A stretch of DNA of 64,000 bases, taken from Deltaproteobacteria bacterium (lineage in GTDB: Bacteria; JAGRBM01; JAHCIT01). The DNA is taken from contig JAHCIT010000002.1 in the NCBI GenBank assembly GCA_026129095.1, forward strand, positions 248,001 to 312,000, given 5' to 3'. The position numbers and the translations under genes were made by a program. Shown piece after piece: positions 29,627 through 40,175 of the stretch (position 1 is its first letter; each line of letters begins with the position of its first letter). The notes beneath the pieces are model-generated. The model searched no databases and was not told where the DNA came from. It worked only from the letters and a program-made list of their open reading frames with translations.

Positions 29627-32600
29627 TCATGGCACCGTTCCGCCCACACCGGTGCGGTTCACGTAGATGTCGGAGTTGATCTCATCGTCGTCAGTGAAGC
29701 CCGGATCGGTGTTGAAGAGCGGATTCTCGTTGTAGCACTCGAAAGCGGCGTAAAGACCGTCATCGGAAATCGCCGCGCTCCAGCAGGAGGCGAAGTTGGC
29801 AGCATCCTCGTTCGGCTCGTTGCCGTTGTCGGAGTTGGTCGACACCGCCACCGTCGTGTTTGCCGTGATGTTCCGCACGAACACGTTCCAGCCGGTGCTG
29901 ACGGTCTGCGTGGGATCGGCCAGGTTCGTTGCCGAGGAGGTAAACACCACGACCGTCCCGTCGTGGGAAAGGTCGAAGGCACGCGAATACATGTCGCTGT
30001 CGCTGTCGCCTTCGACACCGGCGCGCTGACCAACCAGGACGAGCGAGGTCGCCGCGGCCACGGTGCGTGCATAGTAGTGGCTGCGCCCTGCGGTCGTCGC
30101 CGGGGACGGCACCACGCTGACCGTTTGCTTCTCGTATCCGAATACCAGCCGGAGGCCATTGCCGCTGATCCGCACCTGCGACGTGTAGCTATCGAGCTGA
30201 AGACCCGTACGGCTCACGCTGACGCGAGTCGTGGTGCCCGCGGACCGGTTCCGGACGAAAGCGTCCGTCTGGTTGTTGGTGTCTCCGGACACCAGATCGT
30301 CCTTGTCAGATACCCAGGCGACGATGTTCCCGTTGTCGGAGACCGACGCGCCGTAGCAGTTGTCGCCTTCATCCGAAACCTGTCCGTTCGACCGGCGGCT
30401 CACCAGCGACGTGGTTCCCAGGACCATGTCGTACAGGAAGATGTCGGAAGCGCCGTTGATATCGGTCACCGACGGATCCAGGTCGTCGGCGTACGATTCA
30501 TACACAATGAACCGGCCGCTGCCGCTGATGTAAGGCGCATAGGAATCGCCATTCGCCTCCGCGCTCGCATCAATCGCCGTGATGCAGGTGGTCTCCGCCA
30601 GCAGCAGGTCGCGCACATAGATGTGTGTGTAGTTGCCGTCGTCGCAGCCCAGATCGAGGTCGGTCGCATCCGACTGGAATACCACATAGCGCCCGTCGGC
30701 CGAGATCCGCGGGTTGTAGCTGTCACTGTCGGGCTCATCCGAATCGACGCTGATGCTGACCAGTTGCGGCACCATGCCGTCGTCGCTCTCATCGAAGATG
30801 CCGTCGTTGTCCACATCGCGGTCCACGAAGTAGATCTGCGAGAAGCTCATGGACGTCGGCACGTCGGACTGCAGGTCATCGGAAGTCGAGCTGAACACGA
30901 CGAACCGCCCGTTGCCGCTGAGAGCGGGATTCCGGCTGTCGCCGTTATTTGGCTCATCCGGCAGGACGCCCTGCTTGGAGATCCGGTTGGCGGGAAGTTC
31001 CGCCGGCACAGTGGCGAGCGATTCCACCGTTTCGGCAACCGGCGTCACGCCGCCCAGCGAGGTCGTCGCGGTGAGGGTGAACGTGTCGGCGTCGTCGTAC
31101 CTGAGATCGTCCCAGATGGCGTAGCCGCCGGCGATGCTCTTCGTCAGCGACGGGTTGCTGGCCGAGCTGAGGGTGCCCGCGCCGCCGGTTTCGGCGAGCG
31201 TGACCGTGCCGGAGGCGTTCGTCACCAGGTTCTGGTGCGCGTCACGGACCTCGACGGCGACGAACTGCATCGTCGCGTTTTGGGAGGTCAGGACGAACGG
31301 CGACTTCAGGAACGCGAGCGAGGCGGCCGGGCCGGCCTCCACGTCGAATGCCGCGCTGGTGTTGGTATAGGCGGAGCTGCCGTCCTCGGCGAACAGGATG
31401 TAGCCGGTGCCGGTCTTGTCCAGGCTGATGCCCGTGAAGGTGGCCAGGCCCGCCACCACCGTCCGCGTGGTGATGCCCGACAGGGTGGAACCGCCGGGGT
31501 TGTTGTCGATCGTGACCGTGATGGTCGTCGCGTTGTCGGTCGTGATGCGGTTGCTGTAGAGGTCAATCAACTCGACCGTCACGGCCGGCGTGATGGCCAG
31601 GCCCGCCTGCGCGTTCGACGGCTCCTGGACGAACCGGATGCCATCGAGCGCCGCCGGAGCGATATTGAAGCCGCCGGATGTAGCGCCGGTGAGTCCCGCC
31701 GACGAGGCGGTCAGCGTGTAGCCCGTACCGGTCTTGTCGAGCGAAACGGCGCCGAACTCGGCGTTGCCCGCCACGCCGCTCGTGACGGTCGCGGGGTTGG
31801 TTCCGGTCGTCAGCACCGAGCCGCCGGGGTTGTTGCCGATGGCCAGCGTGACTGACGTGGCGTTGTCGTTGGTCCTGATGTTGCCCAACGCGTCGCGAAC
31901 GGAGACTTCCGGGGCCACGTCGTCACCGGCAATGGCCGACGACGGCTGGACCGTGAAGGCGAGGCTCGACGCCGCGCCGGGACCGACCGTGATGCTGCTG
32001 GTGTCGGCGAAGTCGCCCGTGTTGGTGTTCGTCCCGCGCAGCACGTAGTCGGCGCCGCTGGTCGTGCTCAGCCGCACGCTGAAGCTGGCCGTTCCGGCGC
32101 CGCTGGTCGTCGAGTTCAGCAGCGCGCCCAGAAGCGCCGTCGAGGGCGCCGCCTGGACGAACTGGCCGCCCACGGGGCCGGAGTCGATGGCGAGCGAGAT
32201 GGGCGTGCCGGCCGCGAGGACCGGATTGCTGAACTGGTCACGCACCGTGACCGTGACCGTCTGCGACTGGTCGGTGGTCGGCGCGAGGCTCACCGGATCG
32301 GTGATGGTCACCTGGTCCGGAGCGCCCGCGCTGATGTTGAAGCTGCCGCTCTCGTCCATCGTGAGACCCGCGGCGGTCGCCCGCACCCGGTAGTTGTTGC
32401 CGGGCACGGACACCTGTAGCTGGTCGGCCGTGTCGGTGAGCAGCAGGACGCCATTCACGGTGGTCACGCCGCTGCCGGTAAGGCCGTCATAGGTGCCGCA
32501 GCCGATGAAGCAGGCCGCACCCGTCACGTCAGTAAGCGGCGGGACGAAACGGTACAGGCCGATCGTGATCTCGGTGGTGGAGCCCGCGCCGCCGTTGCCC

Positions 32601-35600
32601 GTTACCAGGTTGTCGAACAGGTCCAGCACCCGGACCTCGATCACCTGCTGGTCGTCCACCGTGGCCGAGGAGGGCTCGATGCTGACGAGCAGCCGGTCCG
32701 CGTCGCCGTGGCGGAGCTCGAACGGGTCGCTGAGCACACCGGTGAGCGACGGGGCGGTGGCGAACAGCCGGTAGCCCGCCGCCGGACGGTTGATGACGAC
32801 GCCGTTCACGCCGGGTGTCCAGGTGGCCACGCCCGCGGCGGTCGCCACCGGGAGGCTGCCCGGGGCCTGAAGCGTGCCGGAGCCGGGGTTGACGCCGATG
32901 GAGAGCGTCACGGAGGTCGCGGCGCCTGTCGCCACGTTGTCGGATGAATCGAGCACGGCGACTTCCACCATGAGGCCGTTGGCATCGATGTTCGTCGGGC
33001 CGGCGGCCGGCTGCACCTGGAAGGCGAGCTTCGACGGCGCGCCGTGGGCGATGTCAAAGGCGCCGCTGATCGCGTTCAGCGCCGGACCGTTGGTGGTCGC
33101 GTCCAGCGTGTAGCCCGTGTCGGCCCGGATCACCCGGACGTTCGGCCAGGTGGCGACGCCGGCGACCGGAGCCACGGTTCCAGCGCCGGTGAGGACCGCG
33201 GGGCCGTGTCCGTTGTCATTGTCGAACGAGAGCGTCACCTGCGTGATGGAGGCCTGGGTCGTGGCGATGTTGCCGTGAACGTCGAGGATATGCACCACGA
33301 CGGTCTGGGTCTCGTCGGCGGTCTTGTTCACCGGTCCCGTCACGAACGCGAGCGAATCGGGATCGCCGGGGGTGATCGTGAAGGAGCTGGTGTCCACCGC
33401 CGGGTTCGGCAGGACGCCCCGCGTGGCGCGAAGCGTGTAGGTGCCGGTCTTCGTGAACTGGGTCGTGAAGGTGGCGATGCCGCTCACGGTCGGCTCGGTG
33501 AGCGGGCAGACGGCGGGGGTGCAGGCAGCGCCGACGGGTCCGGTCAGGATGTCGAGCTGGATATTGCTTCCGTTGTCGCCAGTGAGCGTGTTGCCGAACA
33601 GGTCCTGCAGGGCGATCTCGACCGTCTGGTCGAGGTGCGCCTGGCGCGGGGAGATGGGCTGGGTCACGACGGCCAGCCGGTTCGCCGCCCCGGCGGCAAG
33701 GTCGAAGTCCGGCGTCACACCGCCAAGGAGCGGCAGCGCGCCGGCCGATGCGGTGAGCGAGTAGCCCACGCCCGCCCGGTTGATGTGCAGGTTCGAATAG
33801 GTGGCCACGCCAGCCACGGCAGCCTGCGCCGGTGTTACCGGCGTGCCCGCGGGGTTCACGAAGGAACCGGCGCCCGGATTGGCGAAGAAGGCCAGCGTCA
33901 CCACCTGGGTGGAGCCCGCGCCGGTCGTCACCACGTTGTCGAACTGGTCCTCGATCTGGACGGAGACGGCCAGCGGGTCGCTGACGAGGCCGCTCGCCGG
34001 TGTCGTGGCGAACCGGATGTGATGGGCCGCGCCGTGCGTCAGGTTGAATGACGAGCTGAGCACCGAGCCCAGTGCGCCGATCACGCCGCCCGTCGCCGTC
34101 GCCCGAAGGGCGTAACCGTTACCCGGAAGGGTGAGCCGCGTGGAGATCGTCACGTTGCCCAGCGGGATGATGGTATTGAACGGGCAGGCCGTCGGATCGC
34201 AGGCCCCCGCGGGACTTCCGGGCTCGATCGAGAGCTCGATCTCCTCGGTCCCGAGGAACCCCTTGATGGTCGGGTTTCCATAGATATCGGCGATGGCGAC
34301 GGTGAGCGACTGGAGGCTGTCCACCGTACCGCCGAGCGTCTGGCCCGTGATGGCCAGCGAATCGGGGTCGGAGCCGGTGACGGTCACGCCCGCCTGGGTC
34401 GTCGGCACCAGGTTGCCGGAAGTAGCGACGAGCTGCACCGTTTCGGCCGTCTCATAGTAGAGATCGCAGAAGGTCGCCACGCCGCCCACGGCCGCGACTG
34501 TCGTCGTGCCGAACAGGGTGTCCGTCGCGCCGGTCGCAAGGCCCACCGTGATGTTCCGGGCCGTCTCGATCAGGTTGCCATGGGTGTCCTGGACCTCGAC
34601 CTCGACACATGGCGCCCACTGGACGCCCGCCTCGACCGTTCCGGGCGGGGTCTGCGAGTAGGAGAGCCGTTCGGGGATGTCCGCACGCACCCGGATGGGG
34701 TGGCCGGAGATGATCGCCAGCGGCGGGTTCGAGGTGACGTTGATCGTGTAGTTGCCGGCCACCAGCGCGTAGATGCGGTCAGAAGTGTCCGGGCTGAAGG
34801 TGGCGACGCCGAGCACCGACGTCATGGTGAGGTCCGCCGGGTCGTCCACCAGGATCGCGCCGCCCACGGGAGTGCTCGCCTCGACCACGGTGATATCCCG
34901 GTCGGCCGAGCCGTCATCAATCGTGTTTTCAAACACGTCCGTGATGCGGACCGTGAAGGGATCCCAGGTGACGCCGGCCGTCTGGTTGGCGGCGGGCGGT
35001 GTTCCGAAAACGAGCTTGTTCGGCAGGCCGACGCTGATCGTGAACGGATCGCTGTTCACCGACTGGATGCCGACCGTCGCCGGAGTGGCCCTTAGCTGGT
35101 AGCCCACGCCCGGCCGGTTGATCTGGACGTTATTGAAGGTGGCGATGCCGGTGGCGGGGTTGGTCGCCGCCGTTCCGCAGCCGCCCACGCAGGTTCCGCC
35201 GGCGGGGTTGATCCCGATGGAGAGCGTGATGTTCTCGATCGTGCCGGTGATCGGGTTGTTGAACTGGTCGCGGAGCTGGATCTCGACGGTCTGGGTCTCG
35301 TCGGTCCGGACGTTGCCGGGCTGGGTGGTGAACACGATGCTGTTCAGTCCGCCCGCGCCCACGTTGAAGCTGGCGCTGGTGACGCTGCGGAACGGGGCCA
35401 GCCCCGATGTCGCGGTCATCTGGTAGCCGATGCTGACGTACTTGAGGATGACCGGATTGAAGATCGCCTGGCCGCCGACCATCGAGACGAACGCGCTGCC
35501 GCCGCCGCCCGGCGTGCAGCCGCTGTCGCAGGCGTCGGGCTGGCCCGACGGGTTGAGCGAAAGAACCAGCTCGATCTGCGCCGCCGAGTACGGCCCCGTC

Positions 35601-38600
35601 GTCACCAGGTTGTCGAACTGGTCGCGGGACTGGACGATGACCGTCTGCGAGGCACCGGCCGCGATGCTGACCGGCGGCTGGGTGAGGAACAGGTGGTCCT
35701 CGGCTCCGTGCGTCTTGGTGAAGGTGTCGCTGAGCGTGTTCAGCGGGCCCTGGATCACCTGGAACCGGTATCCGCCGCCGGCCCGGTCGATCTGGATGTT
35801 GCTGAAGGTGGCGAAACCGCCCACCACGCTGGCCGGGGCCGGAACACCGGGAATGAAGCTGCCGCCGGCCGGATTGGCGCCGAAGCCGATGGAAACGGTC
35901 GGCTGCACCGGATCGTCAACCGTGTTGCCGTACTGGTCGAGCACCTGGACGATCACGGTGCTGAAATCATCCACCGTTGACGTCACCGGCATCGGTGTCG
36001 AAAAGACGAGCTGGCTGGCGGTGGCGTTGTCGATCGCCACCACATGACCGGCCGACGAAATGAGTCCGGGTGCCGTGGCCGTGACCGTGATGGTTTCCTG
36101 CGTCGTGTAGGTGAGCGACGGGAACACGGCTACGCCACCCGCCACCGTGATGACGTTCCCGATGAAGCCCCCATGGGCGGGCGTGGGGTTGCTGCCCGTG
36201 ACAGTGACGACCGTCTGGTTGTTGGTGGTCGTCAGGTTGTCGAACTGGTCGAGCACCACGGCCGTCACGTTGCCGCCGCCGTTGCCGAGCCATACCTGCC
36301 CGGCGATCTGGTTGGGTTCCGGGTGTGTCGCGCTGGCGGCCGCATTCTGGAAGCGGACCTGCGAGGGCGCGCCGTGCGTGAGCGTGAAGGCGGTCGTGAA
36401 CGCCGCGGGGAAGGCCGATGTCGCCTGCATCGTGTAGCCGACACCGGTCCGGTCGATCTGGAAGGTGAACTCCGACACGCCGGCGACCGCCGTCACCACC
36501 GTGCAGCCGGTGCCCGGCGGGTTCGGGGGCAGAGGCGACTGGCAGGTTCCCGGCACCGGGGCGCCGGCGTTGTTGCCGATCGCCAGCGTGATGTTGGTGC
36601 TGAAGTCGGACGTGACGATGTTGTTGTAGGCGTCGCGCACGGCGGCCTTCACCGTCTGCACGGTGCTGACCGGCGCGTTCACCGGCTGCTGGATGAACGC
36701 GACATGGTTGGCCGCGGCCGCGCTGACAGCGATGCTGACCGGCACTGCCGGGGCGAGCGCGCCGGAGGTGGCCGTGAGAAGAAGCGTCCCGGCCTTGGTG
36801 TAGGAGATGCCCGAGAAGGTCGCCACGCCGAGGACGGCGTTCACCGTCGTCGAGCCGCCGAGCACCGGATCGCCCGTGGCGGGATTGTACTGCTCGATGG
36901 TGACGGCACGCGAGGTCGGGATCACGTTGCCGAAGGCGTCCTGCACCTCGACCTCGACCGACACGCCGCCGCCCACGTCCCAGACGTCACCGGCGCCGAC
37001 CGACGGCGGATAGACGGTGATGGCCAGCCGGTCCATGATGTCCGGACGGACGTCGATATCAGTGGTCGCGGGGGCCGAGGCCGCCGAGGCGGTGAGATCG
37101 GACGAAAGCTGCAGGCCGTTGCAGTTGCCGGCCGTGCAGATGGCCCTCATCGTCAGGATTTCGGCGGTATTATAGAAGATATCGGTGAAGGTCGCGGTGC
37201 CGTTGTCGATGGGGCTCACCACCTGGACCTGCTGCCCGTTGCCGCAGATGCCGCCCGCCGCATCGGGGGGCGGACAGTTGCCGCCGTTGCCCGATGGCGA
37301 ATTGACGAGATCCAGGGTAACCGTGCCGGTGGCCGTGGCGCCCGTAACGGGATTGCCGAACTCGTCGACGATCCGGACAGTGAACAGGTCCCATTCGAGA
37401 CCGGCCTGCTGCTGGGCCTTCGGGGCGGTGCCGTACTTGAGATGGTGCGGCGCGCCGACGGTGATGTTGAACGCCGAGCTCGCCGCGGAGGCGATACCCG
37501 GCTGCGCGGTCGTGGCCCGGACGGTGTATCCGGTACCCGGCATGCTCACGCGGAAGGCTTCGTTGGTACCGGACGAGAACGTCACGATGCCGGCGGCAGC
37601 CGGAACCGCGACGCAGTTGTGGCAGAACGCTCCGGTGGGGTTGTTCTCCAGGGCGAGCGTCACACTGGCCGTGGCGGCCGCGCCGGTCGTCACCACGTTG
37701 CTGTAGGCGTCAATGATCGCCAGCACCGGCTGCTGCCAGGTGTCGGTCGTGCCACCAGCGGGCTGGGCCGCGCCGGGAACGACGGCGGGCGAGAAGGTCA
37801 TGGCGGCCGCGGCTCCGTGGCTGATCGTGATGGGCGCCGAAACGGCGGAGGCCGCGCCCGACAGCAGGGCCGCCGAAGAGATGATGGTGTAGCCGTTTCC
37901 GATCCGGTTCACCTGGAGGCCGGATACACCGGCGAAGTTCGCCACGCCGGCCGATGCGGGCTGGGGCGCATAGCCCACCAGCGAGCCCGGCACCGGGGTG
38001 CCGGCGTTCACGCCGATGGCGAGGTTCACGAGAACGGTCGAATCGGTCCCGGTGGTCACGCGGTTGGCGAACTGGTCGCGGATCTCCACCTGCACGGTCT
38101 GGCGGTCATCGGCCGTCGCGTTGGCGGGTGCCGTCAGGTAGGCGATCTGGGTCGCCGCGCCGTGGGTGATGTTGAAACTGCTGCTGGGGGCCGACGTCAG
38201 CACGCCGTTGCTGGCGCTGAGCTGGACGCCGGTGCAAACCTTGTCGATCTGGACCGGGAAGGTGGAAACGCCGAGCGTGGGCACGACCGGGGCGCCGCCG
38301 CTCACGAGCGACGCGCCGCAGGGGGCTCCGCCGAAGAAACTGAGGGTGATGGGGGCGGCCGACGTGGTGGCCGTGTTCCCCAGGGCGTCACGCACGGTCA
38401 CGCCCACGAGCTGCTGGGTGTCGGCGTTCACGGTCACCGGCTGCGTCGTGAAGACGAGCGAGAACGGCGTCCCGTGGTTCACCGTCACGTTGGCGAGCGG
38501 AGTCGGCGTAATTGCCCCGCCGGCAACGCCCTGCACGGTGATCGGCGCGGCGTCCGACACGTTGTAGGTGATGGCCGGGAACTGGGCGATGCCGCCCGCC

Positions 38601-39877
38601 GCCGTCACGGTGTTGCTCACGAAGGCCGGGTCGCCGGGGAAGCCCTGCCGCTCGATGGTGACCGAAGTGGTGTTGTTCGAGGTGGTAAGGTTCCCGAAGG
38701 CGTCCAGGATGAACACCGCCACCGAGGGACCAGCCGCGGGCGTCCAGGGCTGACCGGCCGTCTGCGCCGCCTGGGGCGTGCGGTTCACGCCGCCAACGGA
38801 GGCGCCGTCAAACACGAGGCTCTCGGGCGCACCGTGGGCGATGTTGTAGGCGTTGCTGTTCACCGTCGTCGTGGCGAAGGTCGCGGCCGGAAGGTCCACC
38901 GAGGCCTGGAGGATGTAGCCGTTGCCGGGCCGGTTCATCTGCACGTTGGCGAACGTGGCCACGCCGCCGGCCGCGCCTACCGCCGCGCAGCCGCTGACGC
39001 AGGAACCGACCGGACTGGAGTCGCCGGTCGAGAACAGGTTGAGGTTCACGTTGCGCGTCGAGTCTGTGCCGGTGTTGACAAGGTTGCCGAACCGGTCCTG
39101 GATCTGGACGACGACCGTCTGGAGCGAATCGACGGTCCCGTTCTGCGGCTGCTGGGTAACCGCCAGCGCCAGATCGCTGCTGATGTCGGGCAGCACGGTC
39201 ACCGGGATGGAGAAGGTCGTCACGAGGTCGGCCGATTCGGCCTTGATCACGATGTCCTCGGCGATGTTGTAGACAATCGCCCGGAAGGTCGCGACACCAA
39301 GGATGGCGTCCACGGCAGTCTCGCCGATCAGCGCGCCGCTGCCGGTGAAGATTGAGATCACCACCTCCTGCGAATCGTTGATCCGGTTGCCGTAGGCGTC
39401 CTGGATCTCGACGGTGAAGTCGGGCCATTCGGCGCCGGCCGTCACCGGGGTCAGCGGCTCCACGCCGAAGCCGAGCTTCGCCGGAACGTTCGGGATGACG
39501 TCAATCGCCACGTCCAGCAGCGGGCGCACGCCCGGGCCGGTGAAATCCACGATGACCGGCTCGGCCGTCTGGTACACCACGTTGTTGAACAGGGCCGCGC
39601 CGCCGACGGTGTTGACCGTCGTCGTGCCGCGGAGCGCATCGGTGCCCGACTTCAGCGAAATGGTGATCGGCACGCCGTTGGCCGTGACCGGTTCACCGCG
39701 CACGTCCACGATTTTCACGGTGAACGGCACCATCGGTACGCCAGCCGTCTGCTCCCTCAAGGGCGCGGGGCTGAACACCAGCACATGTTCGGGGTTCCCC
39801 GAACATCCGGTAGTCGCCACGAGGGCGGTAAAAAGCATTATTCCGGTAACAGACTTGAATATGGACGCCAGTCGCAT
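29627..39877 (-). CDS. Giant (~3,416 aa) surface lipoprotein: ~26 Ig-like repeats plus C-terminal TolB/PD40-like beta-propeller
   Basis: GGGGAG RBS, lipobox TTGC; recurring F..QP...D.FGN...GVATF units; ISADGRYVVFQS.A..L blades. Confidence 0.88.
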   Translation of the reverse strand: MRLASIFKSVTGIMLFTALVATTGCSGNPEHVLVFSPAPLREQTAGVPMVPFTVKIVDVRGEPVTANGVPITISLKSGTDALRGTTTVNTVGGAALFNNVVYQTAEPVIVDFTGPGVRPLLDVAIDVIPNVPAKLGFGVEPLTPVTAGAEWPDFTVEIQDAYGNRINDSQEVVISIFTGSGALIGETAVDAILGVATFRAIVYNIAEDIVIKAESADLVTTFSIPVTVLPDISSDLALAVTQQPQNGTVDSLQTVVVQIQDRFGNLVNTGTDSTRNVNLNLFSTGDSSPVGSCVSGCAAVGAAGGVATFANVQMNRPGNGYILQASVDLPAATFATTTVNSNAYNIAHGAPESLVFDGASVGGVNRTPQAAQTAGQPWTPAAGPSVAVFILDAFGNLTTSNNTTSVTIERQGFPGDPAFVSNTVTAAGGIAQFPAITYNVSDAAPITVQGVAGGAITPTPLANVTVNHGTPFSLVFTTQPVTVNADTQQLVGVTVRDALGNTATTSAAPITLSFFGGAPCGASLVSGGAPVVPTLGVSTFPVQIDKVCTGVQLSASNGVLTSAPSSSFNITHGAATQIAYLTAPANATADDRQTVQVEIRDQFANRVTTGTDSTVLVNLAIGVNAGTPVPGSLVGYAPQPASAGVANFAGVSGLQVNRIGNGYTIISSAALLSGAASAVSAPITISHGAAAAMTFSPAVVPGAAQPAGGTTDTWQQPVLAIIDAYSNVVTTGAAATASVTLALENNPTGAFCHNCVAVPAAAGIVTFSSGTNEAFRVSMPGTGYTVRATTAQPGIASAASSAFNITVGAPHHLKYGTAPKAQQQAGLEWDLFTVRIVDEFGNPVTGATATGTVTLDLVNSPSGNGGNCPPPDAAGGICGNGQQVQVVSPIDNGTATFTDIFYNTAEILTMRAICTAGNCNGLQLSSDLTASAASAPATTDIDVRPDIMDRLAITVYPPSVGAGDVWDVGGGVSVEVEVQDAFGNVIPTSRAVTIEQYNPATGDPVLGGSTTVNAVLGVATFSGISYTKAGTLLLTATSGALAPAVPVSIAVSAAAANHVAFIQQPVNAPVSTVQTVKAAVRDAYNNIVTSDFSTNITLAIGNNAGAPVPGTCQSPLPPNPPGTGCTVVTAVAGVSEFTFQIDRTGVGYTMQATSAFPAAFTTAFTLTHGAPSQVRFQNAAASATHPEPNQIAGQVWLGNGGGNVTAVVLDQFDNLTTTNNQTVVTVTGSNPTPAHGGFIGNVITVAGGVAVFPSLTYTTQETITVTATAPGLISSAGHVVAIDNATASQLVFSTPMPVTSTVDDFSTVIVQVLDQYGNTVDDPVQPTVSIGFGANPAGGSFIPGVPAPASVVGGFATFSNIQIDRAGGGYRFQVIQGPLNTLSDTFTKTHGAEDHLFLTQPPVSIAAGASQTVIVQSRDQFDNLVTTGPYSAAQIELVLSLNPSGQPDACDSGCTPGGGGSAFVSMVGGQAIFNPVILKYVSIGYQMTATSGLAPFRSVTSASFNVGAGGLNSIVFTTQPGNVRTDETQTVEIQLRDQFNNPITGTIENITLSIGINPAGGTCVGGCGTAATNPATGIATFNNVQINRPGVGYQLRATPATVGIQSVNSDPFTISVGLPNKLVFGTPPAANQTAGVTWDPFTVRITDVFENTIDDGSADRDITVVEASTPVGGAILVDDPADLTMTSVLGVATFSPDTSDRIYALVAGNYTINVTSNPPLAIISGHPIRVRADIPERLSYSQTPPGTVEAGVQWAPCVEVEVQDTHGNLIETARNITVGLATGATDTLFGTTTVAAVGGVATFCDLYYETAETVQLVATSGNLVPTTQAGVTVTGSDPDSLAITGQTLGGTVDSLQSLTVAIADIYGNPTIKGFLGTEEIELSIEPGSPAGACDPTACPFNTIIPLGNVTISTRLTLPGNGYALRATATGGVIGALGSVLSSSFNLTHGAAHHIRFATTPASGLVSDPLAVSVQIEDQFDNVVTTGAGSTQVVTLAFFANPGAGSFVNPAGTPVTPAQAAVAGVATYSNLHINRAGVGYSLTASAGALPLLGGVTPDFDLAAGAANRLAVVTQPISPRQAHLDQTVEIALQDLFGNTLTGDNGSNIQLDILTGPVGAACTPAVCPLTEPTVSGIATFTTQFTKTGTYTLRATRGVLPNPAVDTSSFTITPGDPDSLAFVTGPVNKTADETQTVVVHILDVHGNIATTQASITQVTLSFDNDNGHGPAVLTGAGTVAPVAGVATWPNVRVIRADTGYTLDATTNGPALNAISGAFDIAHGAPSKLAFQVQPAAGPTNIDANGLMVEVAVLDSSDNVATGAATSVTLSIGVNPGSGTLQAPGSLPVATAAGVATWTPGVNGVVINRPAAGYRLFATAPSLTGVLSDPFELRHGDADRLLVSIEPSSATVDDQQVIEVRVLDLFDNLVTGNGGAGSTTEITIGLYRFVPPLTDVTGAACFIGCGTYDGLTGSGVTTVNGVLLLTDTADQLQVSVPGNNYRVRATAAGLTMDESGSFNISAGAPDQVTITDPVSLAPTTDQSQTVTVTVRDQFSNPVLAAGTPISLAIDSGPVGGQFVQAAPSTALLGALLNSTTSGAGTASFSVRLSTTSGADYVLRGTNTNTGDFADTSSITVGPGAASSLAFTVQPSSAIAGDDVAPEVSVRDALGNIRTNDNATSVTLAIGNNPGGSVLTTGTNPATVTSGVAGNAEFGAVSLDKTGTGYTLTASSAGLTGATSGGFNIAPAALDGIRFVQEPSNAQAGLAITPAVTVELIDLYSNRITTDNATTITVTIDNNPGGSTLSGITTRTVVAGLATFTGISLDKTGTGYILFAEDGSSAYTNTSAAFDVEAGPAASLAFLKSPFVLTSQNATMQFVAVEVRDAHQNLVTNASGTVTLAETGGAGTLSSASNPSLTKSIAGGYAIWDDLRYDDADTFTLTATTSLGGVTPVAETVESLATVPAELPANRISKQGVLPDEPNNGDSRNPALSGNGRFVVFSSTSDDLQSDVPTSMSFSQIYFVDRDVDNDGIFDESDDGMVPQLVSISVDSDEPDSDSYNPRISADGRYVVFQSDATDLDLGCDDGNYTHIYVRDLLLAETTCITAIDASAEANGDSYAPYISGSGRFIVYESYADDLDPSVTDINGASDIFLYDMVLGTTSLVSRRSNGQVSDEGDNCYGASVSDNGNIVAWVSDKDDLVSGDTNNQTDAFVRNRSAGTTTRVSVSRTGLQLDSYTSQVRISGNGLRLVFGYEKQTVSVVPSPATTAGRSHYYARTVAAATSLVLVGQRAGVEGDSDSDMYSRAFDLSHDGTVVVFTSSATNLADPTQTVSTGWNVFVRNITANTTVAVSTNSDNGNEPNEDAANFASCWSAAISDDGLYAAFECYNENPLFNTDPGFTDDDEINSDIYVNRTGVGGTVP

Positions 39878-40175
39878 CCCCACACTCCCCTGATTGTTCA
39901 AATTGGCAAAGAACCAATAGACCCTTAACGAAGGATTACGAGGCGCTAATCCTATAGAAGCCAAAAGCTGCACGCAATACCGGTCACGCACTTTTGTATG
40001 AAAAGCGACGTAAAGAACGCTGGCAGCACCATGCGACTGCCTGACTGCCGCCGACAACCATGGGCGGTGTTGCCACCAGGTGTCACGGATGGCAACGCCG
40101 GACGCATAATTCACATGTAATTTCAGCTAGTTATAAGCTGAAAGCACCGGCTTTTCCGGCTATCAGGACTGTATC

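Noticed and set aside
36044-39355. 1103-aa + strand Arg/Gly-rich ORF
   Set aside because: Shadow frame of the giant adhesin
39878-40114. 79-aa N-terminal extension of the giant ORF, and a sigma54 promoter there
   Set aside because: RBS and lipoprotein signal start at 39877; no correctly spaced TGGC..TTGC box found by eye
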